Position numbers and translations under genes: made by a program. Shown here piece after piece: positions 34,358 to 47,400 of a stretch of 64,000 nt of DNA. Positions within the stretch are counted from its first letter, which is position 1, and every line of letters begins with the position of its first letter. The stretch is from Neophaeotheca triangularis (lineage: Eukaryota): positions 186,001 to 250,000 of the forward strand of contig BAAIJX010000030.1 of NCBI GenBank assembly GCA_054600435.1, in the 5' to 3' direction. The notes beneath the pieces were generated by a model. That model was not told the origin of the DNA. It did not search any database and saw nothing but the letters and a program-made list of their open reading frames with translations.

Positions 34358-35296
34358 ATGTCGATACCATCCAGACGCGCGGGCTCTAGCCTTGTGACTC
34401 TGTTTAGCTCACCGTCGAGTCGGGCTGCCACTCAACCCAGCCGTCGACGCACAGCGCAGCAATACTGGCAACGCCGTCCCATCTCCTATAATCCATCCCA
34501 GCGTCAAGGACAGCAAACACAGGCGCAAACCCGGTCGCAACCTCAGTCGCAATCCCAGCCTCAACCCCAGTCCAAACCCCAACAAACACCTTCATCAACC
34601 GCCTCGCCCTCGCAGTCACAAAGACCATCGACAAGCTCCACTCCCGCGCCGCAACAGGCTCCCCAACAAGTCCACACCCCCCAGTCCCTCACCGAAGGCC
34701 TGCAAGATGCTCCCAAATCCCTCGACACCGAAGACGAAACCGTCGACTGGACACGCTCCTACCACGGTCTGTCCTCCAACCCCTTCACCCCCGAAGCCGC
34801 CCAAATCCTACAACAAGAGATCCCGTTCGACGACGTAGAAGTAAAACCCGACGGCATCCTCTACCTCCCCGAGATCAAGTATCGACGCATCCTCAACCGC
34901 GCTTTCGGGCCTGGAGGTTGGGGTCTGGCACCGCGCGGCGAGACCATCGTCACCGGCCAAGTAGTGACACGCGAGTACAGCCTCGTGTGCGGCGGCAGGC
35001 TCGTGTCGATTGCGCGTGGCGAGCAGCAGTACTTCTCTCCAGATGGCATTCCGACTGCGACGGAGGGCTGCAAGAGCAATGCGCTGATGCGGTGTTGTAA
35101 GGACTTGGGTGTTGCGTCGGAGCTGTGGGATCCGCGGTATATTAGGAAGTTCATGAAGGAGCATGTCAAGGAGATGTGGGTGGAGCATGTGACTACCAAG
35201 AAGAAAAGGAAGCATTTCATGCGCAAGGATGATGATACTGAGATTAGGTATCCATACCAGCAGGTACCTTCGCAGACCTCGCAGGCTAGGCGATGA
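34358..35296 (+). CDS. MGM101: Mitochondrial genome maintenance protein Mgm101 (alternative start 34331)
   Basis: Arg/Ser-rich presequence, [69 protein letters not shown]. Confidence 0.96.
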   Translation: MSIPSRRAGSSLVTLFSSPSSRAATQPSRRRTAQQYWQRRPISYNPSQRQGQQTQAQTRSQPQSQSQPQPQSKPQQTPSSTASPSQSQRPSTSSTPAPQQAPQQVHTPQSLTEGLQDAPKSLDTEDETVDWTRSYHGLSSNPFTPEAAQILQQEIPFDDVEVKPDGILYLPEIKYRRILNRAFGPGGWGLAPRGETIVTGQVVTREYSLVCGGRLVSIARGEQQYFSPDGIPTATEGCKSNALMRCCKDLGVASELWDPRYIRKFMKEHVKEMWVEHVTTKKKRKHFMRKDDDTEIRYPYQQVPSQTSQARR

Positions 35297-35651
35297 TTGC
35301 TGAGTGTTAGAGAATGACAATGTCTCCGAATCTGAATGTCGGATAGACAATGTATAATATGCGTGGCGCGGTGCTTGTACTACAAGCTATCTATACATTA
35401 CAATAGACTACGGCTCTATGGGGCGCTGGAACGACTGTGTCATGAGGGGCAAACGGAGAGTGCACTAACAGACCGAGCACTTCCTGCTAGGGTATCCGAC
35501 TATACGATAAAATGATGGCCCAAGGGCAGGCTAGCGCCAGGCCAGCAATGGAATTGCCACGGAAGCCGATCATGTGACTCAACCAAGCTGGGGAATATGA
35601 TGTCCTAGGGAATGGAAAAACCGAATCATTTCGGAAACCCTTGTCTGTGTA

Positions 35652-37452
35652 TCATAGAGCCATGTGTCCACGAGAACCCTCGACTTGGTTCACGGCCACG
35701 CCCTTTTCTCGTCCACTCCCGACACTCTCTCTCCTCCAATTATCCCGTTTATCTGCCTTCGGAATATCGTCCCCTAAAGCACCATTGGCACGGCCTCCGA
35801 AGAGAAGATCAATCTCTTCCAAGCTTTTTCGGTTCGTCTCAGGGAAAAACACGAAGATAGTAGGAATTGTGACGACAACGTTAAAAGCGGCGAAAACAAG
35901 GTAGTACTATAAGAACAGTAAGCCTCGTGTCCTGTGTAAAATCCGGGAACAGATCACTACTCACCCTCCAGGTAATGGCGCCCAGCGCTATCGGACTGAC
36001 CTGCGCAAACAGCGTCGAAACGAGCCAGTTACCAATCCCCGTCGCAAAAGCATTGCCTCGCCCGCGAATCTGAAAGGGCATGATCTCGCTCATGTAGACC
36101 CAGCTAATGGGGCCGAAACTCAGCGAGAAAACGACGCTGACAAGGAAGAGGAAGAAGACGCCGCCGATGCTATGGCCAGCGTGACGGCCATCCAGATTCT
36201 GCGAATTGAGCGCCGCCTCGCAGCAGAGAGCAATGGTAATGCCCGCGGCGCCGAGGAGCAAGGGCCGTTTTCGCCCGACACGGTCGAGGATGAAGAAGAT
36301 GAATATGGCGTTTGTGAGTGGGCCGACGCAGTTGTAGATGCCTGCGACGAGCACTTTGCGGCTTCCCGTGATGCCGAGCGCTTCGTACATTGTTGTTTGG
36401 TAGTAATTGATGACGTCTGCTGGGGTGTTAGTGGGAGGCTGGCTGTCTAGGTGGGGAGGACCTACTGGCGCCTGTTAGCTGGGTGAAGACCTGGATGAGT
36501 GCCCCCAGCACCAGGCGTTTCCGCCATTGCGGGACTTGGAACATGATCTTCCAGCCTGGGGCGGTGATGGCATTCTCCGCGCTGATAGTGGTACGGATCT
36601 CATCGTACTCGTGTTGGATCCATTCCTCGTTTTGCCCGTCAAAATGCAACTTCCACAGGACACTATAGGCGAGGTCGTCCTGGTTGTGCTCAACTAACCA
36701 TCGCGGAGACTCAGGCAACCAGATCAACCCGGCAAGCAGCAGCGTAGAGGGTATCACTTGAAAAGCGAGCGGAAAGCGCCATTGGAAACTACTGTCGTAT
36801 GCGTGGTGGCTGCCGAACCCAACCCAAGTGGAAATGATGAATCCCACGCCGATCATCTGTTGGGTAAGACCAACGATGAGACCTCGCATCTTGGCTGTAG
36901 GAGATTGTCAGCTTCCACGAGGGCTTGGGATGGAGTCAAGAGGAGACGGACGATGCGAACTCTCAGCCAGGTATACTGGGACTGACATTGACATTAGTCC
37001 TACCGCTAGACCCGATACAATACGGCCGAGAAGGATCTATCTAGCTGTTAGATACAACCCTCAAAGAGTGGGCAAGAGAAGCTTTCCTACCATTGCGAGG
37101 TTATACGCCGCTGCTTGCAATACACCACCGACTGTGGCGACAAAGGCGCCGATCTGAATCGTCTTTTTTCGGCCAAAGCGATCCTACTTCATCGTTAACC
37201 GCGGTTGTTTTATACCAAAGAGATTCTGAAGATTTCTACCATCGTCAAGCCTCCCATCAAAGAACCAATTACAGCCCCTCCATTGAACGACGAATTGATG
37301 GCGCCTACTGTAGCGCTTGTCGATGTAGTGCTGAAAAAGTCGAGGAAATGATCGCTTGCTATAACATCCGTCATCACCCCTGAATCGTATCCAAACAATA
37401 AAGAGCCAGTGGCCGCGAATGTGGCCAAGAGTACGTTGTAGAGAGCGCCCAT
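35652..37452 (-). CDS. MFS sugar porter (hexose/polyol transporter family), 6 exons
   Basis: LFGYDSGV, DRFGRK, VPVYLAE..HPKMRG, WRFPLAFQ, LPESPRWL, QLTGANVINYY, DRVGRK, WVYMSEI.P..IRGRG, PETNRKSLEEID. Five GT-AG introns restore one continuous frame. Confidence 0.92.
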
Positions 37453-37952
37453 ATTTGTCTTTGACAAGCGAGTGGATTTCGGGAGGGGGGGTGTCACCTG
37501 CAAGCTTCAGCCAAAGCCCTAAGAACCTTTCGATCCAGAATTTCTTGAAGAGCTCGTGGCATTTGTCTGTGTATGATAGCGGAAAAGGTGGGTTTGCAAG
37601 ACATTGCGTGTAGTTGTTGCCACCTCGTAGATTTTGTATGTAGATGCGCCAAGTCTTCCGGTCGACTCGAGAAGTTTAGATTTGAACTAGTGCAGAGTGT
37701 GGTGTTATTCCCGTGAGGTGCCCAAAGAGACTATGTCGGTAAGAATCAGTTTATTATACGTGATATCTGTGGCTGAGCCGCGTTGATTCTTCCTAGACAC
37801 AAGCAAATCCAACAAGTCTGGCTCCCTCCTGACTTCATTTTGTCGTGGAGCTCGCATGGAGTGAGGTCGACACAAGTGTGGTCCGAGCTTCCATCAGTAC
37901 GCCAAAGAGGCCCGATTATTCCCACCCGGACTTCCACACTTCCACGCTTCAT

Positions 37953-37982
37953 TTCACTTCACTTCACTTCACTTCACTTCAC
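37953..37982. repeat. (TTCAC)6 microsatellite
   Basis: Six perfect copies in the intergenic region between divergent genes. Confidence 0.9.
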
Positions 37983-38437
37983 TTTTTACAAGCCACCTTC
38001 TTTACCGATTGGCAACACCATTCGCCGTCATTCAGCAGAGCATTGTGAAAGGTTACACCTGACGAGCAATAGCGATTTCGGCCCAGCAAAACAAAACGAT
38101 AATAACGACTTCTTATATCGCGACCGCATCCAAGCTCACCAAATCAGCCCTTTGAGGTACCTTGCTTTAGGCTGTGGAAGCTCTTCCACTCCAAGGTTCC
38201 TTTCAAGCCAAGGGATCACGTCGCGAAAGGTAGTTTGAGAGCTTTTTGTCGCAGAAAGAGTGGTAGGTTAATACTGGGCTAGGATCTGATTCCTGAACCC
38301 ACGGTATTTCGAAAGCTGTTTCGCAATCTTTATTCCACCTTTTCGCGAATTCACCTCGTCACCGTTCCTCGACTATTGACATCTCAGTGGTATAATCACG
38401 TAAGGGCCGAACTCTTACCCGTGAACTTGACTTTTCG

Positions 38438-40308
38438 ATGGGGATCCCGAGGCTCACCTCGCGCCTCGAACACTTCGGAGAGGTGGTCAAGAGGACAAAA
38501 TTTGAAGCGGACCAGGCAGAGCAGCCGAACTGGGTTGAAATAGACGGTCCTAGTCTGGCCTATCATATCTACCGTGAATGGGTGGCGAAGGCTTCGAGCT
38601 CTACTAGTGCTGGCTCCGAGGGCACCCACAAGCGCGTCTACGCGGAGTGTGGTGCAGCTGCCGTAGCCTGGCTCGAACGGCTCGAAACTTTTGGCTTCAA
38701 GATGTGAGGGAACCCGAATCCCAGGGGCAAACCTGCGAAGCTAACAAAGATAGCGACACGGTTCTTTTTGATGGCGGGCTGCCTGTATCCAAACGCCCCA
38801 CGAGGCTCGCTCGCCTGCAGGACCTAGTCACAGAATTGGCCACCCTGCGAGCCCGCTATGATGAAAAGGCAAAGCTCGCCAAATCGACCGGCCTTAAGCT
38901 ATCGGACATCACCCAGGCGCACTCTCCTTTACCTCAAGATCCAAGGCAACAACCTACGCCGCCCTTTCTGGTTTTTGCCGTAGTTGAGGCGCTGTTCAAC
39001 AGTCGCTTCAACATGCACGCAAGGGTCGTACAAGGAGAAGCGGACGCATGGTGCGCTGCATCGGCACACTTTCGGTCCGAAGTTAGGAATGAAGTTGCCT
39101 ACGTCTTCTCGAGCGACTCTGATCTCTTCGTCCACGACATCGGCCGAAGGTCTTGGCTTGTCATGTTCAATGATTTTGATTATACGGCGACCGAGAAAGA
39201 GGAGGTCCTCACCTTGAAGAGATATAGCCCTGCAAACATTGCTCATTCCCACGGCCTACGCAATCTGGTCAAGACGGCCCACCTCATGAGTCGAGATCCT
39301 CATAAAAGCTTCAAAGTGGCTGTTGAGGACGCTGGACTCCTTACTGAGTATGAGGGATTTTCCGATTTCGAGGAGGAGTATCGACACATAAGCACAACGA
39401 AATTTACTCCAACACTTGCAGCCGCACTGGAAAGGATGGACTCGCGCGTCTCGGAATACATTTACGATGTTCTTCACTGTTATCCATTCGGCGCGACCCA
39501 TCAATTCGACGTTTTCTTACCACCTTTGATCGAAGACCCAGCTAGGACGTCAGCTTGGCACATAAGCCGCCCGCTCCGGAACATGGTCTACAGCTTCGCG
39601 ATTCTTCTCTCCCGCTTTCCCACTAGTTTTTCCATATGCGAACATTTGCGGTCAGGGCACCAGATCCTACCCACGAACACGAGATTCTCTCTTCGCGACC
39701 GCTTCAACGATCAGCTCCTAGAGTGGGCGTCTCACTTGGAGGAGCAGTTGAAGCACTTGAACAAGACGGCCGATGCAGAAACTTGGAGGTCGATAGCTGT
39801 GAGATACGTACTCACCAAGCTGAAGGAAACTGAAAAACCATGTCCGTCTTTCACCGAGGCTACCAGAGTAGCAAGAAGTCGTCAGCCAAGAACGTGGGAA
39901 GAGATGCATTTCTCGGCGCAAGTGGAGGCCACTCTGTACTCGGTGCGCATGATGAAGCAAGTGCTGGAAGCCATCATGATCCACGTCAACACCGAAGCAA
40001 AGGAATTCGGTTTCTGGCCCATAGCGAGCCGGCTGCAGAACCAACTCCCGTCCCTACCTGGTATTTCAGAGCTGTTCGATTTCTCTGACGGGTCCGTGGA
40101 TTCCGGCGAGACGGATGCTGTAGATGGCTACTTGCGTAAGACTTTCGAGGAGCTTGCGATTCCGGTAGAGCGAGAGGAGGACTTGGCAAAATCGGCGAAG
40201 GCGAAGAAGAAGGCGGAGAAGAAGAGAAAGAGAGGCGTTTCGGGAGAGAGAGTTGAGGGTACGCCCAGGCCGAAGCCTAGCAACCCGTTTGCGGCGTTGG
40301 CTGAGTGA
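38438..40308 (+). CDS. Asteroid/XPG-like (PIN/FEN-fold) nuclease-family protein, 2 exons (intron 38704-38753)
   Basis: MGIPRL start, IDGPSLAY, FDGGLPVSKRPTR, GEADAWCA, SSDSDL acidic motifs, basic C-terminal tail. Confidence 0.85.
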
Positions 40309-40869
40309 CGATTTTCAGTAGGCGAGGGGAGACAACTAGCTCTGCCGTGGCGAAAACCGAGGCAAAGACCCTGAAAAGAACTTCTCGCGGAAAAAAAGTC
40401 GAGGCTAAGTTGTGGCCGGGACACAAGAGTCGGTTTGGGCTAACAGTACGAGACGCACTTCGCCTTCAACAGAAGCTTGTACGTAGTGGATGCAGCTGGA
40501 GCCTTCATCATGAACCAACAGCCTTGAGTAGTTTCGAAGGCAAGGAATATCTTCTATACAGTGCTCATTTCCAACATCACATCAAAAGGTAAAGCCTAGA
40601 ACGGTATGTCGGCTGCGGGAACAGGCGCATGACGACCCGATTCACCCCTGTGTTTTTTCAGCTTTGACCTATTGGTTTTGCTTATCCACCTAGAGGCCTG
40701 CAAGCGAGTACTCGTGTGACTAGTACTGGAGTAAGGTGGGTGGCCTCGTGCAAATCCCAGATGCAGACTCCCTCTGTAACCTTGGGCTCGCATCAATCCA
40801 TGAAATTGAGACAACAAATAGTCCAATCAAACTTTCCATGCCCTATCTCATCTGCCAAATACCTCCAAC

Positions 40870-42421
40870 TCACCGCTCGACCCTAGCAACCAAATCCACA
40901 ACCGCTTCGACCCCACTTCTCACTTCCACAAACCCTCCCCTCTCCACCCGAACAATCTTCCCATCGACACAGACCCTCCGCCACCTAGCCTCCTCCTCCT
41001 CAAACTCCACCCTCAATCCTTCAATTTCCTCATACCCAACCCTTTCATCCTCCACATGCCCTCCGCCCGCATACGCCTTGCCCATAACCTCCATGGCAGC
41101 ATCCCCGCTCATGGGGCCAAAATGCACCAACCTCAGCTTGCCGTCCAAAGGCCCCGAGAGCGGGGAGATTGTGAAACCCTTCTCGAGCTGCGAGCAGAAA
41201 GTCGCGAGCACGTAGCCGTGTTTCCGACGCTCCAGGGGCTGCCATGTCGCTTCTTCGCTACTACCGTACCGCTTCTTGAGAACGGAGACTTTGCCGCGGT
41301 ATTCGTGCGGTGGCGAGCCGTCGGCTGGGTACAGGGCCTCTTTGGCCGCGAGCTGGAAGCGCTCAGCGCCGTGGCGGCGGTATGCGGCCGTGTCGCTGTC
41401 GGCTACGAGGCTGGCGTGGAGGCCCCAGGAGCAGACGACTGCGCCGTGAACCAAGGGGTTTCCGGCTGGTGTGGTTGAGGACAGGGGTTGCTCGTCGCGG
41501 CTTTCGTTGACGAGGAGTCTGGACCTGGGGGAGAAGGTGGCGGTGAAGAGGGGAAGGGGGCCGGGTCTTCCTCGTGAGAGGGCGGAGAGGCCGAGGGTGT
41601 TGTCGTTGGCGTTGCCGCTGCTGTGGGAGAGCGCGTTGCCTGTTCCCAGGGGTAGGATGCACATGCAGGGTTTGGTGTATTGGGGGGAATGGGGATGTGA
41701 GAGGAGGGCGTTGATTGTGTCGACGACGCCGCCGTCGCCACTAAGGAGGATGACGGTCTGTCGGATTCCTTTGTTGGCTTTGGGTAGGATTGTGCTTTCG
41801 ACGAGCTCCTTGATGCTGTCCGAGGAGGTGGTTTCGTGGAGTGTGCAAGCTAGTTTTTGCTGGTCGAGAAGGGGTTTCACAAGTGATTGCCAGACTGAAG
41901 TTGCTAGTCCTGTTCCTGAGCCTGTAGATAGGACTACATGCAAGTCCGGCTTGTCGCCTCCGCGGTGGGCTTGCAAGAGGGAATTGTTCGCCGGCGTGAA
42001 ATCGTTGATCAGCTGTCCAGGGGGGTTGACGAGGCTGATGGACTTCAGAACGGCCGGTGAGACTATAGTATCACCCGAATGCAGACTCTTGGCGCAGTAG
42101 AAGAGCGCATAACCGTCTGCAGTGGATTCATCGCTTTGGACAAGTGCAACGATATCCTTGGCCAGAATAGTCGATTCCAGGAGCGGTTTTCCGGCGATCG
42201 ATTCGGTCACTATGTCAGAGCCAAACGACGTCGTCCTCACTGCGAGGCTCATTAGCTACTTGATTCTTGATCGTGAGAATGAGTCGCTTACTCGAATCAT
42301 CCTCCTCTTCCCATCCCAAATGCTCAAGGTTCTTGTCGCCGCCTTTGCGGTAGTGTAGCTCGACAGAACGGCCGTCAACCTTGCCTTTGATTGAGTTGAC
42401 GTGCGAATGGTCGGCGCTCAT
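40870..42421 (-). CDS. Diacylglycerol/sphingoid-base kinase-like protein (DAGK catalytic domain), 2 exons (intron 42240-42291)
   Basis: STGSGTG, LLSGDGGVVDTIN, LPLGTGNAL, VCVDG. Exon 1 (MSADHSH...) joins in frame via GTAAGC...CTAAT...CAG. Confidence 0.87.
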
Positions 42422-42798
42422 ATTGTGTCGACGTCAAAACAGACTCACAATCAATCACAACGGACATTTTGAGTTGGGTAGCAGGATCAAGTTTGATATG
42501 TCCCGTCGTGCCCGTTTAGCTCGCCGTCTTACTCATCAGCTGAATCCCAACCACGTCTTGGCACAACGCGAGCTCAGCTCTCTCCAAAAGCTCGTGAGAT
42601 TGATCGCATCAGGCCATTGAGACAACATCGAGCAGGTAATCGTTGCAGTTCTACCAACAACCACTTTGGCAACAAAACTGTCTGTTATCCTTCCCAGCAC
42701 GTCGCATCTCCACCGTGCTGCCCGCACCAAGTGCAAGCGGATAGAGGCAGCGCGCAGCCTCCGAGCCAACTCTAGTCCGTGCATGCGCCAGACTCGCA

Positions 42799-43647
42799 AT
42801 GGCAGATGAAGAACCCAGTGGAGGCCTAGGTGCTTTGGGGGGCTTCATCATAGCTATCATAGTAATACTCATAATAGCGTTCGCAGGATGGTTCATGTAA
42901 GACCTCCAACACACTGGCCCAACAGTTTCCGGAAGCTCTTGATACTCACACTTGCCTCTCTTCAGCTACCGCACAATTCGCGCCCGTCGTCTAGGACTGC
43001 CACCACCCTCTCTCAATCCTTTTGCGCGTCGTCAAGATGTCAGCGCCAACACCGGCTACCGCGCGCCTGCCCCGGCCCCGAGCAATCCCATGGACTGGAT
43101 CAAGGACAAATTCAACGCCGTAAAGAACAAGCGCACCACCACCGGCGGCTATGAGTCTACAGGATACGGTGGCAGCTCTTCGCGACGGGGCTTTGGACCG
43201 CTAGACCCGGACGAAGCGTGGGATGCGCGTGTGGGCAATGAGGCCGAGTATCAGGGTGGGTACTACGAGGAGCAGGAACTCGGGCTGCAGGACCCGGGTC
43301 ACGGGCCTTATGGGGGTGGGGGTTATGGTGACCCAGCTTCGGGGCCTAGTGGTGCGCACCAAGTAGGGGTAGGGGGCATTGAGGAAGGGAGAGGACGATC
43401 GCGGGAAAGGCAGAAGGAGCTGGACGACCGGTACGATGAGCTGAACATGAAAGGGGGAGCGAACCCGTTCGGCGAAGGGGCAGAGAGGTCGGATATGCAT
43501 AGTCTGCGCGAAGCTAGTCCCAGGCCGCTTGATACGGCCGGGGCGGCTAGGCCGAAGCATAAACGGGGGCATTCGAACTTGACGACTAAGACGCAGGAGG
43601 ATGATAGTCCCACTGAGCGGAGGAGTATGTTCAGGGAGGATGTGTAG
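42799..43647 (+). CDS. Conserved fungal single-pass membrane protein, 2 exons (intron 42897-42965)
   Basis: MADEEPSGGLGALGGFIIAIIVILIIAFAGWFI|YRTIRARRLGLPPP, GFGPLDPDEAWDARVG, YEEQELGL, and C-terminal SPTERRSMFRE. Confidence 0.85.
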
Positions 43648-44478
43648 GGCTGGTGGGCATCTTGGGCATGAAGGATCAGCTCTGGTGGTGTGGCGTTCTA
43701 GCACGGATGCTTAGGGACACTCTATAGGCGGAGTATTATGTATCTATGAATGTGTACTATCAAGAGCAGACTGGACTTCCCTTTGTGTTACTGCAACAAT
43801 GTGATTCTCAGCATGGTAGTCACCATAGTGGATTGCTACATGCATGCATTAGTTGTACCACGAGCAGCGTGCAGGCGTTTTGAGCGAATCTACCTAGGTA
43901 GTAACAAGAAGATTTGATCCGAGAAGTCGTCTATACGTCAAGGTCAGCAACACTTCACCTGCCATGACCCGTACTTGCAAATAAGGTACTGTTAATAGCA
44001 AGAAACTTGGAAGAGACCATGATCGTGAGTTTATAGGTAGCCTCGGGAGAAGCGCAGGGGCGGGCTAGTGAGTGAGGCTGAGGCGAAGCTTGTAACCAAG
44101 CATCTCGCGCGTGCATCGGTCCAGACTCCAGTATAACTACTAGTACATAAATACTTACATCAGACTGTCCACTAACTTACGGTAGTCTACATATAACAGA
44201 AACTCGGCCGTCATTATCTCTTCCGCAGCAAGCCGAAGGCAAAGTCGCTGTAGATGCCCGGCTCTCTCTTCAGGCAAATGCCGTAAGCATGCCAGCAACA
44301 CGTCCGAATGCTCCTCCAACCTCGCCTCTTCGCTCAGTCCCAGCTTCCCTCGCTCGCGTCGCCGTCCGCCTCACGCGACACCAGCAACAACAATAGTAGC
44401 CGCCTCAACGACCTGCCCTTCTTCCAACGCACCCACACCCACCAACAGCGCAAAGCCGATGAGCGCAGAGCCCGTAAA

Positions 44479-47400
44479 ATGTTGCTCCTCCACCAATCCG
44501 GCGCGGTCAAGATCGGTCAAGTCGTCCGCTACACTCTCACCTACACGCCATCCAACGATCGCATCCTGCCCACCCCCAAACAGCTGCACCTCAAGATCAA
44601 GAATACCAGCCCCATTCCCTTGCGAGCCGCTTACCTGCATGGCCCTTACACGCTACACGTGTCTGCGTATCCACGGAGTTTCGATCCTCATCGCAAAGCC
44701 GAGGCGGGTGAGTATGGCGATGAGGGTACCCCGGAGTTTGAGCCCATGTTGAAGGCTGGAGGCTATTGGGTCAGTACGCTGAAGGTGCCGGATGGGATCA
44801 GGCAGACGGGTGCGTCTTTTGCGCAGAGTGGTCGGAGGCAGAGCTCGCAGGCTCCAGGCGCCAGTAGTGGTGCGAACGCGGAAGGCCAAGGAGAGACAGC
44901 TGAGAATGGCAGTGTGACGTGGATCATTGAAATCTCTTCGCAAATTCTCTTCTCGACCTCTGCGACTGTGAATTTTGAGGTTTTGGTTGGGCGCGATGAG
45001 AGGAGTTTGGATTTGGGTTTCGCGGCTGTTGCTGGGCATGGACATGGGGGACCCGCGAAGCTGGAGGATCATTATGGGAGCGCTGGAGCTAGGAAGAAGA
45101 GTCGCAATGAAGGGAATAGGCAGACGGCGGGCGTGTACAGCCACGCTGTTAAGCTGGTCGTTGAGGATACTGAAGCGCTGTGGGACAAACCTCATCTACC
45201 TACATGGGAACCCCCGGGCAAAGCGGACGGAGACAAGAAAAATGGTGATGATAGTGGCAAGTCTACAACAGCTGGCAGCAAAGGCAAGAGGAGAAAGAAG
45301 ATACATTTGGTAGTTTTGACGCACGGCTTGCATAGTAATCTTGGCGCAGACATGCTGTTCTTGAAGGAGAGCATCGATGCCACTGTTAAGCAGGCCAGGG
45401 TTGACGCTAAGAAAAGGAAAGCCGGCTATCGACAGAAGGAAGCCGAGAAGAAGCAGCCGCCTTCCCCAGATGGCGAAGCGGTCAACGAACACGACAATGA
45501 ATCAGGAGGGCAACATAAGACTTCGACAGCCCCTCTATCCGGAGGCCAGGGGGACCTACCGGACGAGTTAGCGCGCGAAGAACAAGACGAAGAAGATGAA
45601 GACGACGAGGAAGAGGTCATTGTCCGGGGCTTCAACGGCAATGCTGTGCGAACAGAAAACGGCATCCAGTATCTAGGCAAACGACTCGCGAAATGGGTGC
45701 TTAAATTCACCTACCCGGACCAACCGTTCTACCCTGTCAAGAAGCCCCTCTCCCAAACAATAACCGATAGTTTCAAGACTCACGCCGACAAGACGCGACG
45801 CGACGGAGCGCAAGCTCATGAAGGGAGTAGCGTGCACTCCAGCCAGTCGCGAGAGGCGGCGGACAAGCTACCGTACAAATTCACAAGCATTTCCTTCATC
45901 GGCCACAGCTTGGGAGGCTTGGTTCAGACCTACGCGATCGCCTACATACAAAAGCATGCACCCCACTTCTTCGAGACGATCACGCCGGTGAATTTCATTT
46001 GCATGGCCTCACCTATGCTCGGTTTGAGCAACGAGAACCCTTTGTACGTCCGATTCGCGCTCGACTGGCGGTTGGTGGGGCGGACTGGGCAGGATCTAGG
46101 TCTCACGTGGAGGCCTCCGACGCTTGCAAAGGGAGGCTGGAATGCTATGATTGGTGGGCTGGGAGGCAACGACAAGGAGCAGAAGAATGGTGACCCCGCA
46201 GCGAAGCCTTTGCTACGGATCTTGCCCACCGGGCCTGCGCATCAAATCTTAAAGAAGTTCCGGAACAAAACCGTCTACAGCAATGTTGTAAACGATGGCA
46301 TTGTGCCGTTACGAACAAGCTGTCTACTGTTTCTGGATTGGAGAGGCCTTGGGAAGGTCGACAAGGCGAGGCGAGGCAATGGGCTGATAGGAACAGTGGC
46401 AGAGTGGGGCTGGGCAGAAATTACGGGAGCCAACTCGAGCTCGATGCCACCACATGTTGAACTTTCCCAGGAGAACGATGACAGCGACAACGAGCACGTT
46501 CGCAAAGGAGAGGGTGAAACGGTACCTCAACCTGGCGACAACGTGACTGCCCAAGACAATCTCGACATCGAGCGACGTTTAAGCGCACAATCTGGTGACG
46601 CTAGTAGGCAGGGGAGCGGCAGCTCAAAGCCGTCGACAACGTCTAGTGTGGCAAAGAAATCGAGCCCTCAAGCTCCGCCTCAGCCTCAGAGAGGATTCCT
46701 TGACAATGTTCTCGATTTCTTCCGGCCGTCGCAACAGGAGCCGCAGACGACGGCACAACCTAGCAAAAAGGTTCAAAAGGCTCTTCGACGCGCACAGACC
46801 GTCAGTCAAGGCCAAGATGAGCTTCCTGAAGAAATTGCTCGTGGCCGAGAGGGAACGACGTCAAATCCGGTGATGCGTCCTCACCATCACGCAAGCGAGC
46901 GCGTACACGACGCTAAGCCCAAACGTCCAATGGCAACAAGGGGAGACACCCAAATCAACGATCCGGAAGGAGCGCAAGCACCACCACGCACTACAATCTT
47001 TGAGTCTGCAGGAGACATTCTACACCCGCCCATTCCCTCCAAACTTTGGATTACAGACCCTAGCAGTCGAGCGCGGACAATCTTCCACGACCGTGTTTAC
47101 CACCCCGAAGACATCCCACCACCACCAACAAAGGGTTCACGTTCGCGCCTGGCTCGAACTTTTTCGAGCGAGAGCATGAACAAAACCACTAGCAACAGCA
47201 GCGCAGCAGGTTCAAACTCTTCCGCGCAAAGCCAAACCCAGCCAGACCACGGCGCCATGTCCGTCGAAGAGAAGATTGCCCGCGCCTATCACCGTGACCT
47301 CTCCTGGCGAAAGGTACTCGTCCGCCTTGAGCCGGACGCTCACAACAACATGGTAGTCCGCCGCATGTTCGCCAACGCCTACGGCTGGCCAGTCGTCAAG